From assembly GCA_963704645.1 (NCBI GenBank), contig OY969926.1, positions 992,001 through 1,056,000 on the forward strand: a stretch of DNA of 64,000 nt. The letters run 5' to 3'. This document shows, piece after piece, positions 20,335 to 31,954 of the stretch (the stretch's first letter is position 1; each line of letters starts with the position of its first letter). The position numbers were made by a program, and so were the translations under genes. This DNA is from an uncultured bacterium (GTDB lineage: Bacteria; Patescibacteriota; JACMRA01). Under the pieces are notes generated by a model, which saw only the letters and a program-made list of their open reading frames with translations, did no database searches and had not been told where the DNA came from.

Positions 20335-23300
20335 TTACAGTGGTTTAAGTACTTCAACTGCTCCAGTTGTAATTTCCCCAGTCAGCTCGCCAGCTGCTTG
20401 GTCTATAACTGTACTTGTACCACCTCCTGTTACGGTCTGGGTTACGGTATCAGCAGAAATAGAACCTGGGTCACCAATTTGTATATTATTAGAATTGCTA
20501 GCGCCTAGATTATTTAGATTATTTGCACCAGCAGTTGCATCTGGGGCAACACTAGTTACGTTATTATTGGCAGCACTAGCATCAACCTGAACATTACCAC
20601 CTGCAGTTGAGGAAGCATCAGGTTTTACAATATTTGTATTTGTAGTTCCGCCATTATTAATTTCTAAGTGTTTTGTAGTTGGGGCAGTAGCATTTGGATC
20701 AGGCTTGTTAATAGCACCATTGGTACCAGATTGAGGATCTGTTGACTTTCCAGGAGCGGTTGATGAAACAGAGTCCTTTTCAACTTTAGCTTCAGCTGTC
20801 ATCTGATCGTCTTTTGGTTCTTCTTTTTTAGGCTGCTCGGGCTCTTGAGGTTTTGGTTTAACTACTACGGCAGCTGTTAATTCTTCATTACCTGTATCAA
20901 CATTTCTTTGAACATTAACATCTGTTTCTGTTTTTCTACTTGTGCTAATTTCACCTGAAGTAGTTAAAGGAATGTTTTGTCCAAAAATAGCATCTATGTT
21001 TGTACATTTAACTTTTTCACCAATTAAAGGAGCTGGCGGTTCCGCTCTTCTTCCAGCATTATATTCTTCTAATTCTGATTTGTATTTTGCTACGTCTTGG
21101 GGATTGGCTCTAACTTCTGTTGTGGTATCTTGATTAGACATTACACTATCTCTATTTCCACCTCTGTATTCACCACTTGAGGCTAAGAAGCCGTTTGGGC
21201 CTAAGCCCATGGCCTGGGCAAGTGATGCGGCGGTGTAACTTGAAGTTAACCTTGCAGATACTTGGTTTCTGTTAGCCTGTGCTTCAACTAACATTTTTCT
21301 AGCTTTGGCCATATTATTATCATAGTTTTCAGCTTCGTTACCAAGATATTGCCTGAATTCTTCAGCTTCTTTAGTACTTAAAGTACTTCCCCCAAGCTCA
21401 ACCGATGCTGTTGGGTTATTTTCAAAAACTTGAACATTAGGATTGCTTGAAGCGTTCTCAGCTTTTTTACCAGTTACTTCTATTGCAGACTGTCTGGCCA
21501 TTTTTGAGAATTTGTTAAGCTCATCAATGTTATTGAATGTTAGTCTGAAGCCATTTCTACCTTCAACATACCACTTTCCAGTTGCTGCATCTGGTTTAGC
21601 ACCTAAAGCCAAAGTTAAAGATTCTTCTGGTGTTCGCTTTTCTGAAATAAATTTAGCATAAGCTTTTGCAAATTCAGGATCTGTGAATTTAATTGCCAAG
21701 GCAGTAACTGTTTCAGCGTTGGCTAAATCTTGCTGTGGCAAGTTATACATGCTTTGTGAATCAGTAATTGTTTGTTCTCTGCTATAAGCAAAAGATATAG
21801 GTAAAAACTGACTTAACACAGACACGGCCAATTTATTTACAAGTGGACCTGTACGAACCCCATCAATTCCTATTCCCATAATATTTGAATAAGCTTTGGT
21901 AGCGACGTTTTTTACTTGCGGGTTCTCTTCATTTGCTTTAAAGAAGTTTTCTGAAGCAGCTTTTGGCAGTATATTTAAATTATACAAATCGAAGTGAGCT
22001 TTTGCTCTGTAGCCTAAACCATCAAGACCAATAGTTGGTTGGTAAGTATCGCTTTTAGAAATTTCTGCTGGTTTCTCACCCATTGCTAATTGTACTACTG
22101 AAATATTGCGCAATGTGTTTGAAATATCTTCTTTTGGAAGAGGACTCCAACCTTGAGGCAATCTACCTTTGCTACCTCGTCTGATATAATCTTCTGCAGC
22201 TTCTACGGCACTAATTGTTTCAGACAAAGTATTGTTTGGGTTACGAACAGCCAACAAAAGCTGAGCTGGAACTGCTACATCGGATCTCTGTAAAACGGAT
22301 ATATTGCTTTCGAAGGCTTTTAGTACATTTTGTTGTACGTTAGCTTCTAGTACTTTTGTTCCGCTAAAGTTAAGACCTGATGCCAGTTTAAACAAATCTT
22401 CATTAGTAATTACATCTTGTTTTAAAATGCCTGGGCTTCTTTGCTCAAACAACCTATTTAAAGTCCATTTAGTCCTTTCCTCATTCCCTGTAGTGTCACT
22501 GGTTAGCTTGGCAATACCATCAGGCCCTAAATATTTACCGTTATATTCTTTAATTCCATTTAAAAATGCTATTTTTTGTTCAGGAGTGGCACTCATTAAA
22601 AATTTAAGCGCAGGACCCAAGATATTGTTATCTCTTGTTTCTGAACTTACGTTATTCGGGTTAATTAAGTCTCCAGCTGCATTAGTTACAACATTAAACA
22701 AACCTCTTGTATCATAAATTGCGGCAAACAAATTTACACTTGTTCCATCTTTGGCTTTAATATTTAAAACTTCTTTAGACGCCGGCTTTGTAGTATCTAT
22801 TGCACCAATTGCATTGGCAACTTCAGGTTTTACAGCAGCTACGCTTCTAAGCAAGTCGGATAGTTTTACTGGTTGTCCACTGTTTAGCTGCTCCATTATT
22901 TTTGGAAACTGTGCTACATCAATTACAGTACTAATGCCATTACCCATATTCAAACTAATTTTACTTAATGGTTTAAAGTCTATTCCTTGCCTTGCAGTAA
23001 TTACACCATTTTCTACTTTTACACCACTGTTTGAAGTTGTGTCTTGGCCGTTATTTGGAAGAGCAATAGTTGGGTCACCACTGGCTGTTGTTACAGAGCT
23101 AACAGTAATTGTTTGAACCAAATTATTCCAACTTCTTTGAGCGTTTACCATTAACCCATTAGGTATAGGCAAAACCATAAAACTTCCCTTTTCATCTTTT
23201 GAAACATTAACTGCTGCATTGGCATTAGAATAAACTCCGTTTAATGCATCTTTTGCTGAACTAGGATTTTGTGTAAATCCTTCATACACAGCTTCTACTT

Positions 23301-26300
23301 TAGCCCCACTACTTAAAGTAAGTCCTTTTAATTCTTCTGGTATTGGCAATTTGTTTTCGGCTAAGTAAGCAAGTCTTTGTACTGTTCCTCTAGATTGCAA
23401 ATCTCCAAGATTAGACTGACTAACAACTTGCTCTATGCTTCGTCTACTTATTCCACTATTATATTCGCCATTACCTAAAGTGGCAGCTAAATCGGAGTTG
23501 TTATAGATATTAAAATTATTGCCAGCATTATTTACATTAATTCTTAACCCCGGGGCTGAATTAGACACCGCACTGTTTTGCTCTAAAGGCTTAGCCTGTG
23601 CAGTTGTAGTTGTTGATTCAACCGCAGGCAAACCGGCACCCTGTCTTAATCTGTCTAAAGCAGATGAAGGTGAAGGATTGGAACTATTAATTTTATTTGG
23701 ATCAATACTAGTAGGCTTATCTCCAATTGCAACACTACCATTCAATAGGCTGTTGGCTATGGAACTATTGGCAAAAGTTGAAGTTGTAGAAGAATTTGTA
23801 GGTGCAGTTGTTTGAGCTTTTGGAGTGTTTTGAGATGTTGCAACTGTAGATTCAGGTTTAGCTGATGCAGTATTGTCTTTAATTTGTAGACCGCTATTTT
23901 TAGCTGCTGCAAAATCTGCTGGTGTCATACTTGCAAACGCTTCAGAAATTTGCTTTGCATTAATGTTTCCATCTCTTCCTTTACCTTCTATAATTATAGG
24001 AACATTTGTTGGCTTTCCATCTACAACAAGCCATCCTGTCCTTACATTTTCAACAATTTTACCTTCAGAATCTCTAATTACTGGGAAAGAGCCGCCTGCG
24101 GAAGATCTAGCTTCTGCAATTGTGTAACCCTGTTTTTTAAGATTTTCCACATCAATTCTTAGTGCTGAAGTTCCTTCTGTAGTACCCAAATATGTTGGTT
24201 TTAAATCAACCTCTTTTCCGTTAGAAATAAATTTGTAATCAACAACCTCTCCTGATTTTCTTCCGCTAAAGTCCATCGCCCCACCTTTAGCCACATTTGC
24301 ACCAGTTTGAGCAATAAGTCCATCTACATTAGAACTTTTAGCTGGTTGAGAGGTGATTTCTGCTGCAACACCTGCTTCTCCTGAAGTAAAAGTATGAACA
24401 ACAGATTTTTTCACAGAATTTAAGTAATCTAAATAGCTACCACCTGCTCTAACAGCAAGATCGCCTATTCTTCCTGGGGCGCCTTTTATGCCTTCAATAG
24501 TAGCATTATAGCCCTTTGAAATATTGTTTCCAAATAAATTATCAACAGATTGTAAACCCGAATTAACTGTTCTCGAAACTGCACCACCAGTAACACGATC
24601 ACCAAAGTTAACAAATGTATCGGCTGTGCCTTTAATAACAGACAATGGATTAGCCCTATTTGCATACATTATAGCTGCATTTTCAAAGTTTTCCTTAGCA
24701 CTTAGACCTTCTTTGTCTATACTTAAATTTCTTGTAAATCCTGTTTCCAATGAACTTTCAGTAAATTGACCAGTTTGACCTCCAAAGGCCATTGCACCAC
24801 CAGTAACTGCCGCCAAGCTAACTGCACCTCCAACGATTGCTGGCCTCATAGCAACAAAACTTACTGCTTGGTCACGTAATTGCTTTAAAAGAACTTTAGC
24901 CACTTTGCCCGCTACAACCAAGCCGTTATCTGGTATTTCGGTCATTATTTTTCTTGTCATTTCAGCCAACGCTACAGTTTCAGGGAGAGAGGTTACTTGG
25001 AAACTTTCCAAATCTTTATACAGCTGCATTGCACCTTCACTTCTTTCTTCAGCTGAAAAGAAACTAGCAAATTCTTTCTTTAGCTTCTCATCCTGAGCAA
25101 TATTATCACTTAATCCACCTTCATCAACTACTCCTCCTGTTAACGAGGCTACTTTACCCAACGCAGTGAATTCCGCTCCGACTTTTTTAAGGAAGCCAAC
25201 AATGCCTTTACCTGTCATTATTCCAGCAATTTTTTCGTTATTCTTAAGTTCTAAGTCTACAACTTCTAAATATTTTTGGTAGCTTTGTTTACCCAATACT
25301 CTTTCATAAATTTGAGTGTATTCCTCTTCAGTAATTTTTTCTTCATTTAAAGACTCTGCAAGTGCTGCCGCTACTTCTTGAAATTCTGGAGTTGTTTCAA
25401 CCTGCTTTTTAATAATTTGCATTCTGTTGTTTTCGCCCAGTTGGCCACCGTATGTTTGAGTTACCAGTTCTACAGCAGTACCTATAGAACCAGTACCAAA
25501 TTGAACAGCTATTTTTTCTATGTTTAAACCTTCCCTTACACCTGCAACTCTACCTTTAATTTGATCTCTAATAGCAACTGACCTGCTGAGTACACTTTGT
25601 TCTAAAGCGTCACCAGCCCCATCAATTTTAGCTTGTTCTAGCCTAGCTTGTAAAATTTGCTCAGCAATTTGACTAATTGCGTAGGTCAAAGTTTCATTCG
25701 GTTGATTTTTGATTGCAAGAAGCACATCGCCAGATGATTTGTTAAAATACGAACTTAAAAATGCAGCTACTTTAGCAGCTTCGCCTTTTAAATACCCAGT
25801 CTTTAGTTCTTTTTCAAACATTTCAACAGTTACTTCACCAGCCAAGATAATATCTTGAATCTTCTTCAGTAATTTAATTTCAATTTGCTCTTTGGTTTTA
25901 AAAACCTTATCATTATTAAAAATTTCTTCGGTTAAATTTACGGCTGCTTCAATATTGTTTGTACCAGCGTGGTCATCTACTGTTTTTGCAATTTTAGATA
26001 CTGCCCTATCAACAATTGAGTTTTCATCAGCAGAATTTATTACTGCTTGTGCGGCTTGGTTTATACCATTACTAGCCATGCTCGCCAAGTTCATATAGCT
26101 TGCTTCAACAGCTTTAGGTAAACCAGCTACCCATCCAACAGATTTTTCCAGAATATTCTTTGGCCTGGCTCCATCTTGAACTTTTTTATTTTCAATGGCC
26201 TGCTTGGCAGAATTAGCACTAGCTTCATTAGTAATTTTACGTAAAGCAACAGTAAGTGTTGTTCTTGGTGAAATTTTAAGTTGATTAAGCTCTTTTTTGC

Positions 26301-26484
26301 CTGCAGAATCTGCTTCTAGCTTCCCGTTATCACCCCAATATGAATTATTTAGACTAGCAAGCGTTCCCTTATCAAGACTATTTTCTTGAAGGTTAAACAT
26401 TTTTTCTAAAGATTCTTGACTAGCTAGAACCTCTCTCTCAATACCACTGGTTTTCATTCTTTCTGGGCTTTGTATTTCTGACAT
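20335..26484 (-). CDS. Giant hypothetical protein (2049 aa)
   Basis: Long uninterrupted ORF with a helical N-terminal region, a hydrophobic Gly/Ala segment (AIVGGAVSLAAVTGGAMAFGG) and S/T/N-rich linkers. Confidence 0.85.
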   Translation of the reverse strand: MSEIQSPERMKTSGIEREVLASQESLEKMFNLQENSLDKGTLASLNNSYWGDNGKLEADSAGKKELNQLKISPRTTLTVALRKITNEASANSAKQAIENKKVQDGARPKNILEKSVGWVAGLPKAVEASYMNLASMASNGINQAAQAVINSADENSIVDRAVSKIAKTVDDHAGTNNIEAAVNLTEEIFNNDKVFKTKEQIEIKLLKKIQDIILAGEVTVEMFEKELKTGYLKGEAAKVAAFLSSYFNKSSGDVLLAIKNQPNETLTYAISQIAEQILQARLEQAKIDGAGDALEQSVLSRSVAIRDQIKGRVAGVREGLNIEKIAVQFGTGSIGTAVELVTQTYGGQLGENNRMQIIKKQVETTPEFQEVAAALAESLNEEKITEEEYTQIYERVLGKQSYQKYLEVVDLELKNNEKIAGIMTGKGIVGFLKKVGAEFTALGKVASLTGGVVDEGGLSDNIAQDEKLKKEFASFFSAEERSEGAMQLYKDLESFQVTSLPETVALAEMTRKIMTEIPDNGLVVAGKVAKVLLKQLRDQAVSFVAMRPAIVGGAVSLAAVTGGAMAFGGQTGQFTESSLETGFTRNLSIDKEGLSAKENFENAAIMYANRANPLSVIKGTADTFVNFGDRVTGGAVSRTVNSGLQSVDNLFGNNISKGYNATIEGIKGAPGRIGDLAVRAGGSYLDYLNSVKKSVVHTFTSGEAGVAAEITSQPAKSSNVDGLIAQTGANVAKGGAMDFSGRKSGEVVDYKFISNGKEVDLKPTYLGTTEGTSALRIDVENLKKQGYTIAEARSSAGGSFPVIRDSEGKIVENVRTGWLVVDGKPTNVPIIIEGKGRDGNINAKQISEAFASMTPADFAAAKNSGLQIKDNTASAKPESTVATSQNTPKAQTTAPTNSSTTSTFANSSIANSLLNGSVAIGDKPTSIDPNKINSSNPSPSSALDRLRQGAGLPAVESTTTTAQAKPLEQNSAVSNSAPGLRINVNNAGNNFNIYNNSDLAATLGNGEYNSGISRRSIEQVVSQSNLGDLQSRGTVQRLAYLAENKLPIPEELKGLTLSSGAKVEAVYEGFTQNPSSAKDALNGVYSNANAAVNVSKDEKGSFMVLPIPNGLMVNAQRSWNNLVQTITVSSVTTASGDPTIALPNNGQDTTSNSGVKVENGVITARQGIDFKPLSKISLNMGNGISTVIDVAQFPKIMEQLNSGQPVKLSDLLRSVAAVKPEVANAIGAIDTTKPASKEVLNIKAKDGTSVNLFAAIYDTRGLFNVVTNAAGDLINPNNVSSETRDNNILGPALKFLMSATPEQKIAFLNGIKEYNGKYLGPDGIAKLTSDTTGNEERTKWTLNRLFEQRSPGILKQDVITNEDLFKLASGLNFSGTKVLEANVQQNVLKAFESNISVLQRSDVAVPAQLLLAVRNPNNTLSETISAVEAAEDYIRRGSKGRLPQGWSPLPKEDISNTLRNISVVQLAMGEKPAEISKSDTYQPTIGLDGLGYRAKAHFDLYNLNILPKAASENFFKANEENPQVKNVATKAYSNIMGIGIDGVRTGPLVNKLAVSVLSQFLPISFAYSREQTITDSQSMYNLPQQDLANAETVTALAIKFTDPEFAKAYAKFISEKRTPEESLTLALGAKPDAATGKWYVEGRNGFRLTFNNIDELNKFSKMARQSAIEVTGKKAENASSNPNVQVFENNPTASVELGGSTLSTKEAEEFRQYLGNEAENYDNNMAKARKMLVEAQANRNQVSARLTSSYTAASLAQAMGLGPNGFLASSGEYRGGNRDSVMSNQDTTTEVRANPQDVAKYKSELEEYNAGRRAEPPAPLIGEKVKCTNIDAIFGQNIPLTTSGEISTSRKTETDVNVQRNVDTGNEELTAAVVVKPKPQEPEQPKKEEPKDDQMTAEAKVEKDSVSSTAPGKSTDPQSGTNGAINKPDPNATAPTTKHLEINNGGTTNTNIVKPDASSTAGGNVQVDASAANNNVTSVAPDATAGANNLNNLGASNSNNIQIGDPGSISADTVTQTVTGGGTSTVIDQAAGELTGEITTGAVEVLKPL

Positions 26485-26488
26485 ATAA

Positions 26489-26983
26489 TTAATTATTTAA
26501 ATAAACTGAGTAAATTGATAAAATTCTTTCGCTTGGCACCATTTTGTATTGTAAACAGTATAAAATATAGGTAGCAATGGTGTAAACTACTAATTTATAG
26601 GCAAATTCTGGAAAACCCTGCACGTAAACCCCAACTTTTAAAATTATTTCTTCAAAACTTTCACTTTCGGTTAGTTCGCCAACTAAATAACGGTCGAAAT
26701 TAGATTGATCTTCAGATGCAAGCACCAAAGCTTGGTTAAAAATTTGAACAGCTAATTTAGATTTAAAAACTTCTAATTCATTTTCAGTTTTAGCTGCAAT
26801 TTCAGAGCTATTTTGCAATGTTTGAGTGTACAAACTTTCTACAATTAAACCCAAAATATCAGGCATTCCATCTTCCTCTTCAGATGGTTTAGATTTTAAG
26901 TTGGTAGCAGATCCAAGTGGTGGCAGACCTTTATTCTCAAGATATTGTTGCAACCTTAGTTTATCTTGTTCTGAAATTGGCAT
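26489..26983 (-). CDS. Hypothetical acidic helical protein
   Basis: ORF ends 4 nt before the start of the 2049-aa gene. Confidence 0.75.
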   Translation of the reverse strand: MPISEQDKLRLQQYLENKGLPPLGSATNLKSKPSEEEDGMPDILGLIVESLYTQTLQNSSEIAAKTENELEVFKSKLAVQIFNQALVLASEDQSNFDRYLVGELTESESFEEIILKVGVYVQGFPEFAYKLVVYTIATYILYCLQYKMVPSERILSIYSVYLNN

Positions 26984-27044
26984 AATTTATTTAAAGTGAT
27001 ATAGGCAGAATTTCCCTATTTATTTAATTATACCATACAAAAAA

Positions 27045-27068
27045 GGAGATGGCAAGCATCTCCCATAT
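27045..27068 (-). repeat. Degenerate REP
   Basis: GGGAGATG-CTTGC-CATCTCC on the minus strand, with the GTAG foot decayed to ATAT. Confidence 0.6.
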
Positions 27069-27081
27069 GGTGTTTGTTAGG

Positions 27082-28017
27082 TTACAAATTAAAGGACCAA
27101 TCTATTAAATCGGCTAGCATTTCTTTTTGCTTTTCTGGGAATATTAAAGATTCCAAATCTTGCGAAATTTTGTTTTTGATTTTTTCTCTAATACCTTGCA
27201 CTATTTCGTTGCAGGCCACACTTTCTTTCACAATTTTATTTTGCTCTTCTTGGCTTAGTTGCCACCATTCAAACTCTTCTTTGTCACTTAAACGGCTTAA
27301 GTAAATAAAAACTTTAAAATCTAAATCCACACTGCTTTGATGAAGAATAGAAATTCCGTGAATAACATCTTCTAGCAAAGTCCACTTTACGCCCTTTGGG
27401 TTAATTGGGTTCTCTTCTTTATTAAAGGAATAAACAAAACCAAGTAAACAAGGTAAGCCAATAGACACAAAGCTTTCTCTCCAGCCCATTGTTTCTAAAT
27501 AAGCAGAAGTTGCTTTATCTTCTTGATACAAAAACTTTTTAGAAGTGTGAATTGATGCCTGAACCTGGTTCCAAACGCTTGTTTGTAAATATTTATGCAA
27601 TTCAGGGTTACTTAATAAAATATCTGTTAGAAGTTGCTTTTGCTTAGTTTGAATTAAGGCAATCTGCTGGGGCAAAATGTTACTTCTAATATCTTCCCTT
27701 AAAATATCGTAAAGCCCTGGTATGCCACGCAAACGCACAGGAACTTTCTTCTTAAAATAATTTTTGTTTTCTTCCAACAATGCTTCTTGATGATGAATTA
27801 AATTAATTGTGAAAGCAGTCCACTGACAGTAAAAGGCCAAATTAGTTTCAGCTCCACAATACTTAGCTAATGAAAAACTTAAAATTTCCTTATCTTTATG
27901 AAGTAAATTCCTAATTGGAGTTAGTAAATCGTATAGCTGATTTCCAAAATCTTCCTGCACCAAAACCAAGTTGGTTTCAGATAAAAAATCTGTAAGATAA
28001 TTATTTTGAACAATCAT
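27082..28017 (-). CDS. Hypothetical protein, possible degenerate polyprenyl-synthetase fold
   Basis: INLIHHQEALLEE...RLRGIPGLY lines up with the ELIH...DDxxD...RRG.P pattern but lacks the aspartates. Confidence 0.55.
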   Translation of the reverse strand: MIVQNNYLTDFLSETNLVLVQEDFGNQLYDLLTPIRNLLHKDKEILSFSLAKYCGAETNLAFYCQWTAFTINLIHHQEALLEENKNYFKKKVPVRLRGIPGLYDILREDIRSNILPQQIALIQTKQKQLLTDILLSNPELHKYLQTSVWNQVQASIHTSKKFLYQEDKATSAYLETMGWRESFVSIGLPCLLGFVYSFNKEENPINPKGVKWTLLEDVIHGISILHQSSVDLDFKVFIYLSRLSDKEEFEWWQLSQEEQNKIVKESVACNEIVQGIREKIKNKISQDLESLIFPEKQKEMLADLIDWSFNL

Positions 28018-28085
28018 ATAACCTTAAATAAATAGATGAACCGAATTTGTGGCCTTAGCATGGTTTTGTCAAAGTAACGTTGTTT

Positions 28086-28136
28086 GCAGAGGAACCCATG
28101 TAGTTCCATTAACGTAGAGGCGAGCCTGTCTCGCCA
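28086..28136 (+). repeat. Two tandem REPs
   Basis: GCAG-AGGAACC-CATGT-AGTTCCA and GTAG-AGGCGAG-CCTGT-CTCGCCA; the second is near-identical to the copy at 16441. Confidence 0.7.
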
Positions 28137-28236
28137 CCAAACCGACGAATCAAAAACAACCAATTCCCAAACACAAAATTCCAAAATATTTTCCCAAAAA
28201 AATTAAGAGTGCCTATTAAGACACCCTTTTATTTAT

Positions 28237-28446
28237 TTAATCTTTTAGAATGATCTGACTAATCCGAAACGAAGCTATGGATACAACTAAGCCAACACCG
28301 ATTGGAATGGCATTTTGTTTCTTTTTAACATCATCTTCAGACGATAAGAGTACGGACATCATTGGTATGATACAGGCAATTACCAAGACACTGAAACCCC
28401 CTATAATTAATCCACCAATTTTATACAAAAAGCGTCCAAAAGTCAT
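28237..28446 (-). CDS. Small two-TM orphan protein
   Basis: AAAGGA SD, TTGACT upstream and two hydrophobic segments. Confidence 0.55.
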   Translation of the reverse strand: MTFGRFLYKIGGLIIGGFSVLVIACIIPMMSVLLSSEDDVKKKQNAIPIGVGLVVSIASFRISQIILKD

Positions 28447-28620
28447 AGATACTATCCTTTACACTAAAATAAACAGCATTCTAATTCCAACCTAAGCAAA
28501 CCGTTTAGTCAACCTTCTTTCTAATTACAATTAACACCCCTATTTTAAGCTTTCACATCAAATTGGCCTCTCTCCCCTATTCCTCTTGACAAACTGCTTC
28601 TAAATAAGGAAATTTAAAGT

Positions 28621-31365
28621 ATGTCCGACGATTCTCTTTTTGGCGATACCAGTTCTAATTTAGAAAATAATGCTTCTAATAAAAATGAAAACAATTTAAA
28701 TAACGATATTGAAAGTTTAATAAAAAAATCTGAGGAAGAATTGGCTAGCGAAAATGTAGCTTCAGATTCAAACAATGTAGTTGATGAGTTAGGTTTTGAC
28801 GAAGTTTCAAGCAGCGAAAATGTTTCTAGTAAGGTAACTTTGGAAGATTCTTTAGTAGAATTTATGGAAGGCAGAGTTCAAACAAAAATTTTAGAAGAAG
28901 AGATGCAATCTTCCTATTTACGCTACGCCATGAGTGTTATTGCTGCCAGAGCTTTGCCAGATGTACGCGATGGATTAAAGCCAGTTCATAGAAGAATTAT
29001 TTATGTAATGGAAAAAATGGGTTTAACACCAGGGGCAAAATACCGAAAATGTGCACAAGTTGTTGGAGAAGTTTTAGGTAAGTACCATCCACACGGCGAC
29101 GTTGCAGTGTATGACTCGCTGGTTAGAATGGCACAGGAATTTTCTTTACGTTACCCTCTTATTGACGGACAAGGAAATTTTGGATCTGTAGACGGAGATT
29201 CAGCAGCTGCCATGAGATACACTGAAAGTAAGATGGATAAAATTACACCATACTTGGTTCAAGATTTGGAAAAAGACACTGTAGATTTTGTAGACAACTA
29301 CGACGGAACCCAGCGTGAACCTAGAGTTTTACCAACCAAAGTTCCAACTTTATTAATTAATGGAAGTTCAGGAATTGCTGTTGGAATGGCAACTAATATT
29401 CCACCACATAATTTAAACGATGTTTGTCAGGCGTTAATGCATTTGTTGCACAACCCAGAAGCAAATGTAGACGAATTGGCCGAATTAGTAAAAGGACCAG
29501 ATTTACCTACTGGAGCTACAATTTATGGAAAAGAAGAAATTTTGCAAGCCTACAGAACAGGAAGGGGGAAATGCACAATGAGAGCAAAATATGAATTGGG
29601 AGAAAGCCACATTTTAATTACCGAAATTCCATATCAAGTTAACAAAGCCGATTTAGTAGCTAAAATTGGTGAATTGGTAAAAGACAAGAAAATTGAAGGA
29701 ATTAGAGACATTCGTGATGAAAGTAACAAAGATGGTATTAGAGTAATGATTGAAACCAAAAGGGATGCCAGCCCTGAAGTTATTTTAAATCAACTTTTCC
29801 AACAAACCGATTTGCAATTAAACTTGCATTTTAACATGTTAGCCCTTGTTGACCAGGGAAGACAGCCAAAGCTTTTGAATTTAAAAGAAATTTTACAAGA
29901 ATTTATTAAGCACAGACAGCAAGTTATTATTAGAAGAACTAAGTTCGACTTAAAGAAAGCTGAAGATGAATTACATATTTTAGACGGTTTAAAAATTGCT
30001 CTAGATTTCATAGACGAAGTTATTAGTTTAATCAGGGGCTCAGCAGACAAAAATGAAGCAGCACAAAAACTTCAGACAAGGTTTAATCTTTCAGACAGAC
30101 AAGTTGAGGCTATTTTACAAATGCGTTTACAAACATTAACCAGTTTAGACAGGAATAAAATTGAAAGCGAAAGACAAATTAAAATTGCTTTAATTGCAGA
30201 GTTAAAATTAATTTTAGAAAGTGATGAAAGACTAAAAACCATTTTAGACGAAGAATTACATGAAGTAAGCGCTAAATTTACTTCCCCAAGAAGAACAGTT
30301 TTAATTAGCCATTCAGTAGATAATTACAGTAAAGAAGATTTTGTGGAACCTGAAGACGTATTAGTTCAACTTACTGCTTCTCAGTACATGAAGGTTTTGC
30401 CGTTAGACACTTTCAGGCAGCAAGGCAGAGGCGGAAGAGGAATTACCAGTTTCAATCCTAAAGACGAAGATTGGGTTAAGAGCAGTTTAATCTGTAACAA
30501 TCACGATTACTTGTATTCATTTACAAATTTAGGTCGTGTGTTTAAAAACCGTGTATTCGACCTACCTAGTGGCAGTAGAACTGGAAGAGGCCAAAGTCTG
30601 GTAAATTATTTAGAATTAAAAGATGGTGAACAAGTAACCAATATTTTAAGTATTACAAAAGACCAAGACATTAGTAAGGAAGGATCTTTGATATTTGCAA
30701 CCAGAAAAGGCTCTGTAAAAAGAACAAACCTGGAAGAATTCGCCAACCTAAGAAAGACAGGAATTATTGCTATAACTTTAAAGGAAGGCGATGAGCTAGT
30801 AAATGTACAACAAAGTTTTAACGAAAACGACAGCATTGTTTTATCCTCCGATAATGGTAAAACTGTAATATTTTCTAGAACTCAACTATCTGCTCTGGGA
30901 AGAACTGCCCAAGGTGTTAGGGGAATGAAGCTTAAAGCCAAAGAGCAAGTAATTAGTTTGCAAGTATCTAACTTTGATTTTCCAGAAGCTGGTGAAGGCG
31001 CAGAAGAAGAAAAAGAAGGCTTAGGCTTAGAAACAGAAGAAGTTGTAGCAAAGGAAAAAGTATTCCCATCTTTGCTAGTTATTACAGAGAAAGGTTTTGG
31101 AAAGCAAACATATTTAGCTGAATACAGAAGAACCAATAGAGCAACTAGCGGAGTTAAAACACTTAATGTAAGTAAGAAAAACGGCAAACCAGTTTTAGTT
31201 ACAATTCTTACTGGAGACGAAGACAGCGTACTTCTTACAACCAAAAAAGGAATTACAATAAGGGTAGCTACCGATGATATTAACCAACTTGGAAGAAACA
31301 CCCAAGGAATTAAAGTTATTAAATTAGAATCTGGAGACGAAGTAAAAACAGGTGGAATTTCTTAA
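28621..31365 (+). CDS. gyrA: DNA gyrase subunit A
   Basis: [32 protein letters not shown] and GyrA-box QGRGGRG; ~80-aa acidic N-terminal extension. Confidence 0.97.
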   Translation: MSDDSLFGDTSSNLENNASNKNENNLNNDIESLIKKSEEELASENVASDSNNVVDELGFDEVSSSENVSSKVTLEDSLVEFMEGRVQTKILEEEMQSSYLRYAMSVIAARALPDVRDGLKPVHRRIIYVMEKMGLTPGAKYRKCAQVVGEVLGKYHPHGDVAVYDSLVRMAQEFSLRYPLIDGQGNFGSVDGDSAAAMRYTESKMDKITPYLVQDLEKDTVDFVDNYDGTQREPRVLPTKVPTLLINGSSGIAVGMATNIPPHNLNDVCQALMHLLHNPEANVDELAELVKGPDLPTGATIYGKEEILQAYRTGRGKCTMRAKYELGESHILITEIPYQVNKADLVAKIGELVKDKKIEGIRDIRDESNKDGIRVMIETKRDASPEVILNQLFQQTDLQLNLHFNMLALVDQGRQPKLLNLKEILQEFIKHRQQVIIRRTKFDLKKAEDELHILDGLKIALDFIDEVISLIRGSADKNEAAQKLQTRFNLSDRQVEAILQMRLQTLTSLDRNKIESERQIKIALIAELKLILESDERLKTILDEELHEVSAKFTSPRRTVLISHSVDNYSKEDFVEPEDVLVQLTASQYMKVLPLDTFRQQGRGGRGITSFNPKDEDWVKSSLICNNHDYLYSFTNLGRVFKNRVFDLPSGSRTGRGQSLVNYLELKDGEQVTNILSITKDQDISKEGSLIFATRKGSVKRTNLEEFANLRKTGIIAITLKEGDELVNVQQSFNENDSIVLSSDNGKTVIFSRTQLSALGRTAQGVRGMKLKAKEQVISLQVSNFDFPEAGEGAEEEKEGLGLETEEVVAKEKVFPSLLVITEKGFGKQTYLAEYRRTNRATSGVKTLNVSKKNGKPVLVTILTGDEDSVLLTTKKGITIRVATDDINQLGRNTQGIKVIKLESGDEVKTGGIS

Positions 31366-31393
31366 TATATTAATTCTAAAATAAACTGATTAT

Positions 31394-31419
31394 AAAAAAA
31401 GCCCCTTTCCAAAGGGGTT
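31394..31419. terminator. Hairpin between convergent genes
   Basis: AAAAAAA-GCCCCTTT-CC-AAAGGGGT. Confidence 0.65.
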
Positions 31420-31427
31420 ATTGTTGT

Positions 31428-31865
31428 TTACAAAGCCGCATGACGAATCTGGAGCCTCTGAAAATACTTTATACTAAAGGAAAAATCATCCTTATGCCTT
31501 ATTACATTTATACCTGGCTCAACAGAATTAACTAAATTTTCCAAGCAGTCATCTAAATATTGTATAAGATTTTCACTCATGCCAATAGAATACTCGAAAT
31601 CGTAATTATTGTGAGCGTAGGTCATGGGTGATATAATACCCGTGAAATAGTCTACAGAGTCTGACAGCTTTAAAGCATTTTTAATCTCAACGTATAAATG
31701 ATCGTGCGGGTTGAGAAATTTGTGATGCAAAAGTAAAGATTTAACTCCATCAGACCATGCTATTTTTGGAATGATCAAAATGTACTGCCAGAAGTATGTA
31801 CATGTCTTCATCTTCAGCACATGAATAGTTGGAACTCTTTCATCAAAATAAATATCCATCATCAT
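31428..31865 (-). CDS. Hypothetical orphan protein
   Basis: AAAGGA SD and a terminator directly downstream. Confidence 0.6.
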   Translation of the reverse strand: MMMDIYFDERVPTIHVLKMKTCTYFWQYILIIPKIAWSDGVKSLLLHHKFLNPHDHLYVEIKNALKLSDSVDYFTGIISPMTYAHNNYDFEYSIGMSENLIQYLDDCLENLVNSVEPGINVIRHKDDFSFSIKYFQRLQIRHAAL

Positions 31866-31954
31866 AACTAATTCCTTTTTGTTTGAAATTACTACATCTA
31901 TAAAATAGAAAAATATTTTTTGAACTAGTGCAAGTTAAACTTGTTAAAAACAAT

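Noticed and set aside
20942-26098. Many plus-strand ORFs inside the 2049-aa gene, and similar ones within leuS, rpoB, gyrA, tuf and the toxin
   Set aside because: Antisense shadow frames with no motifs.
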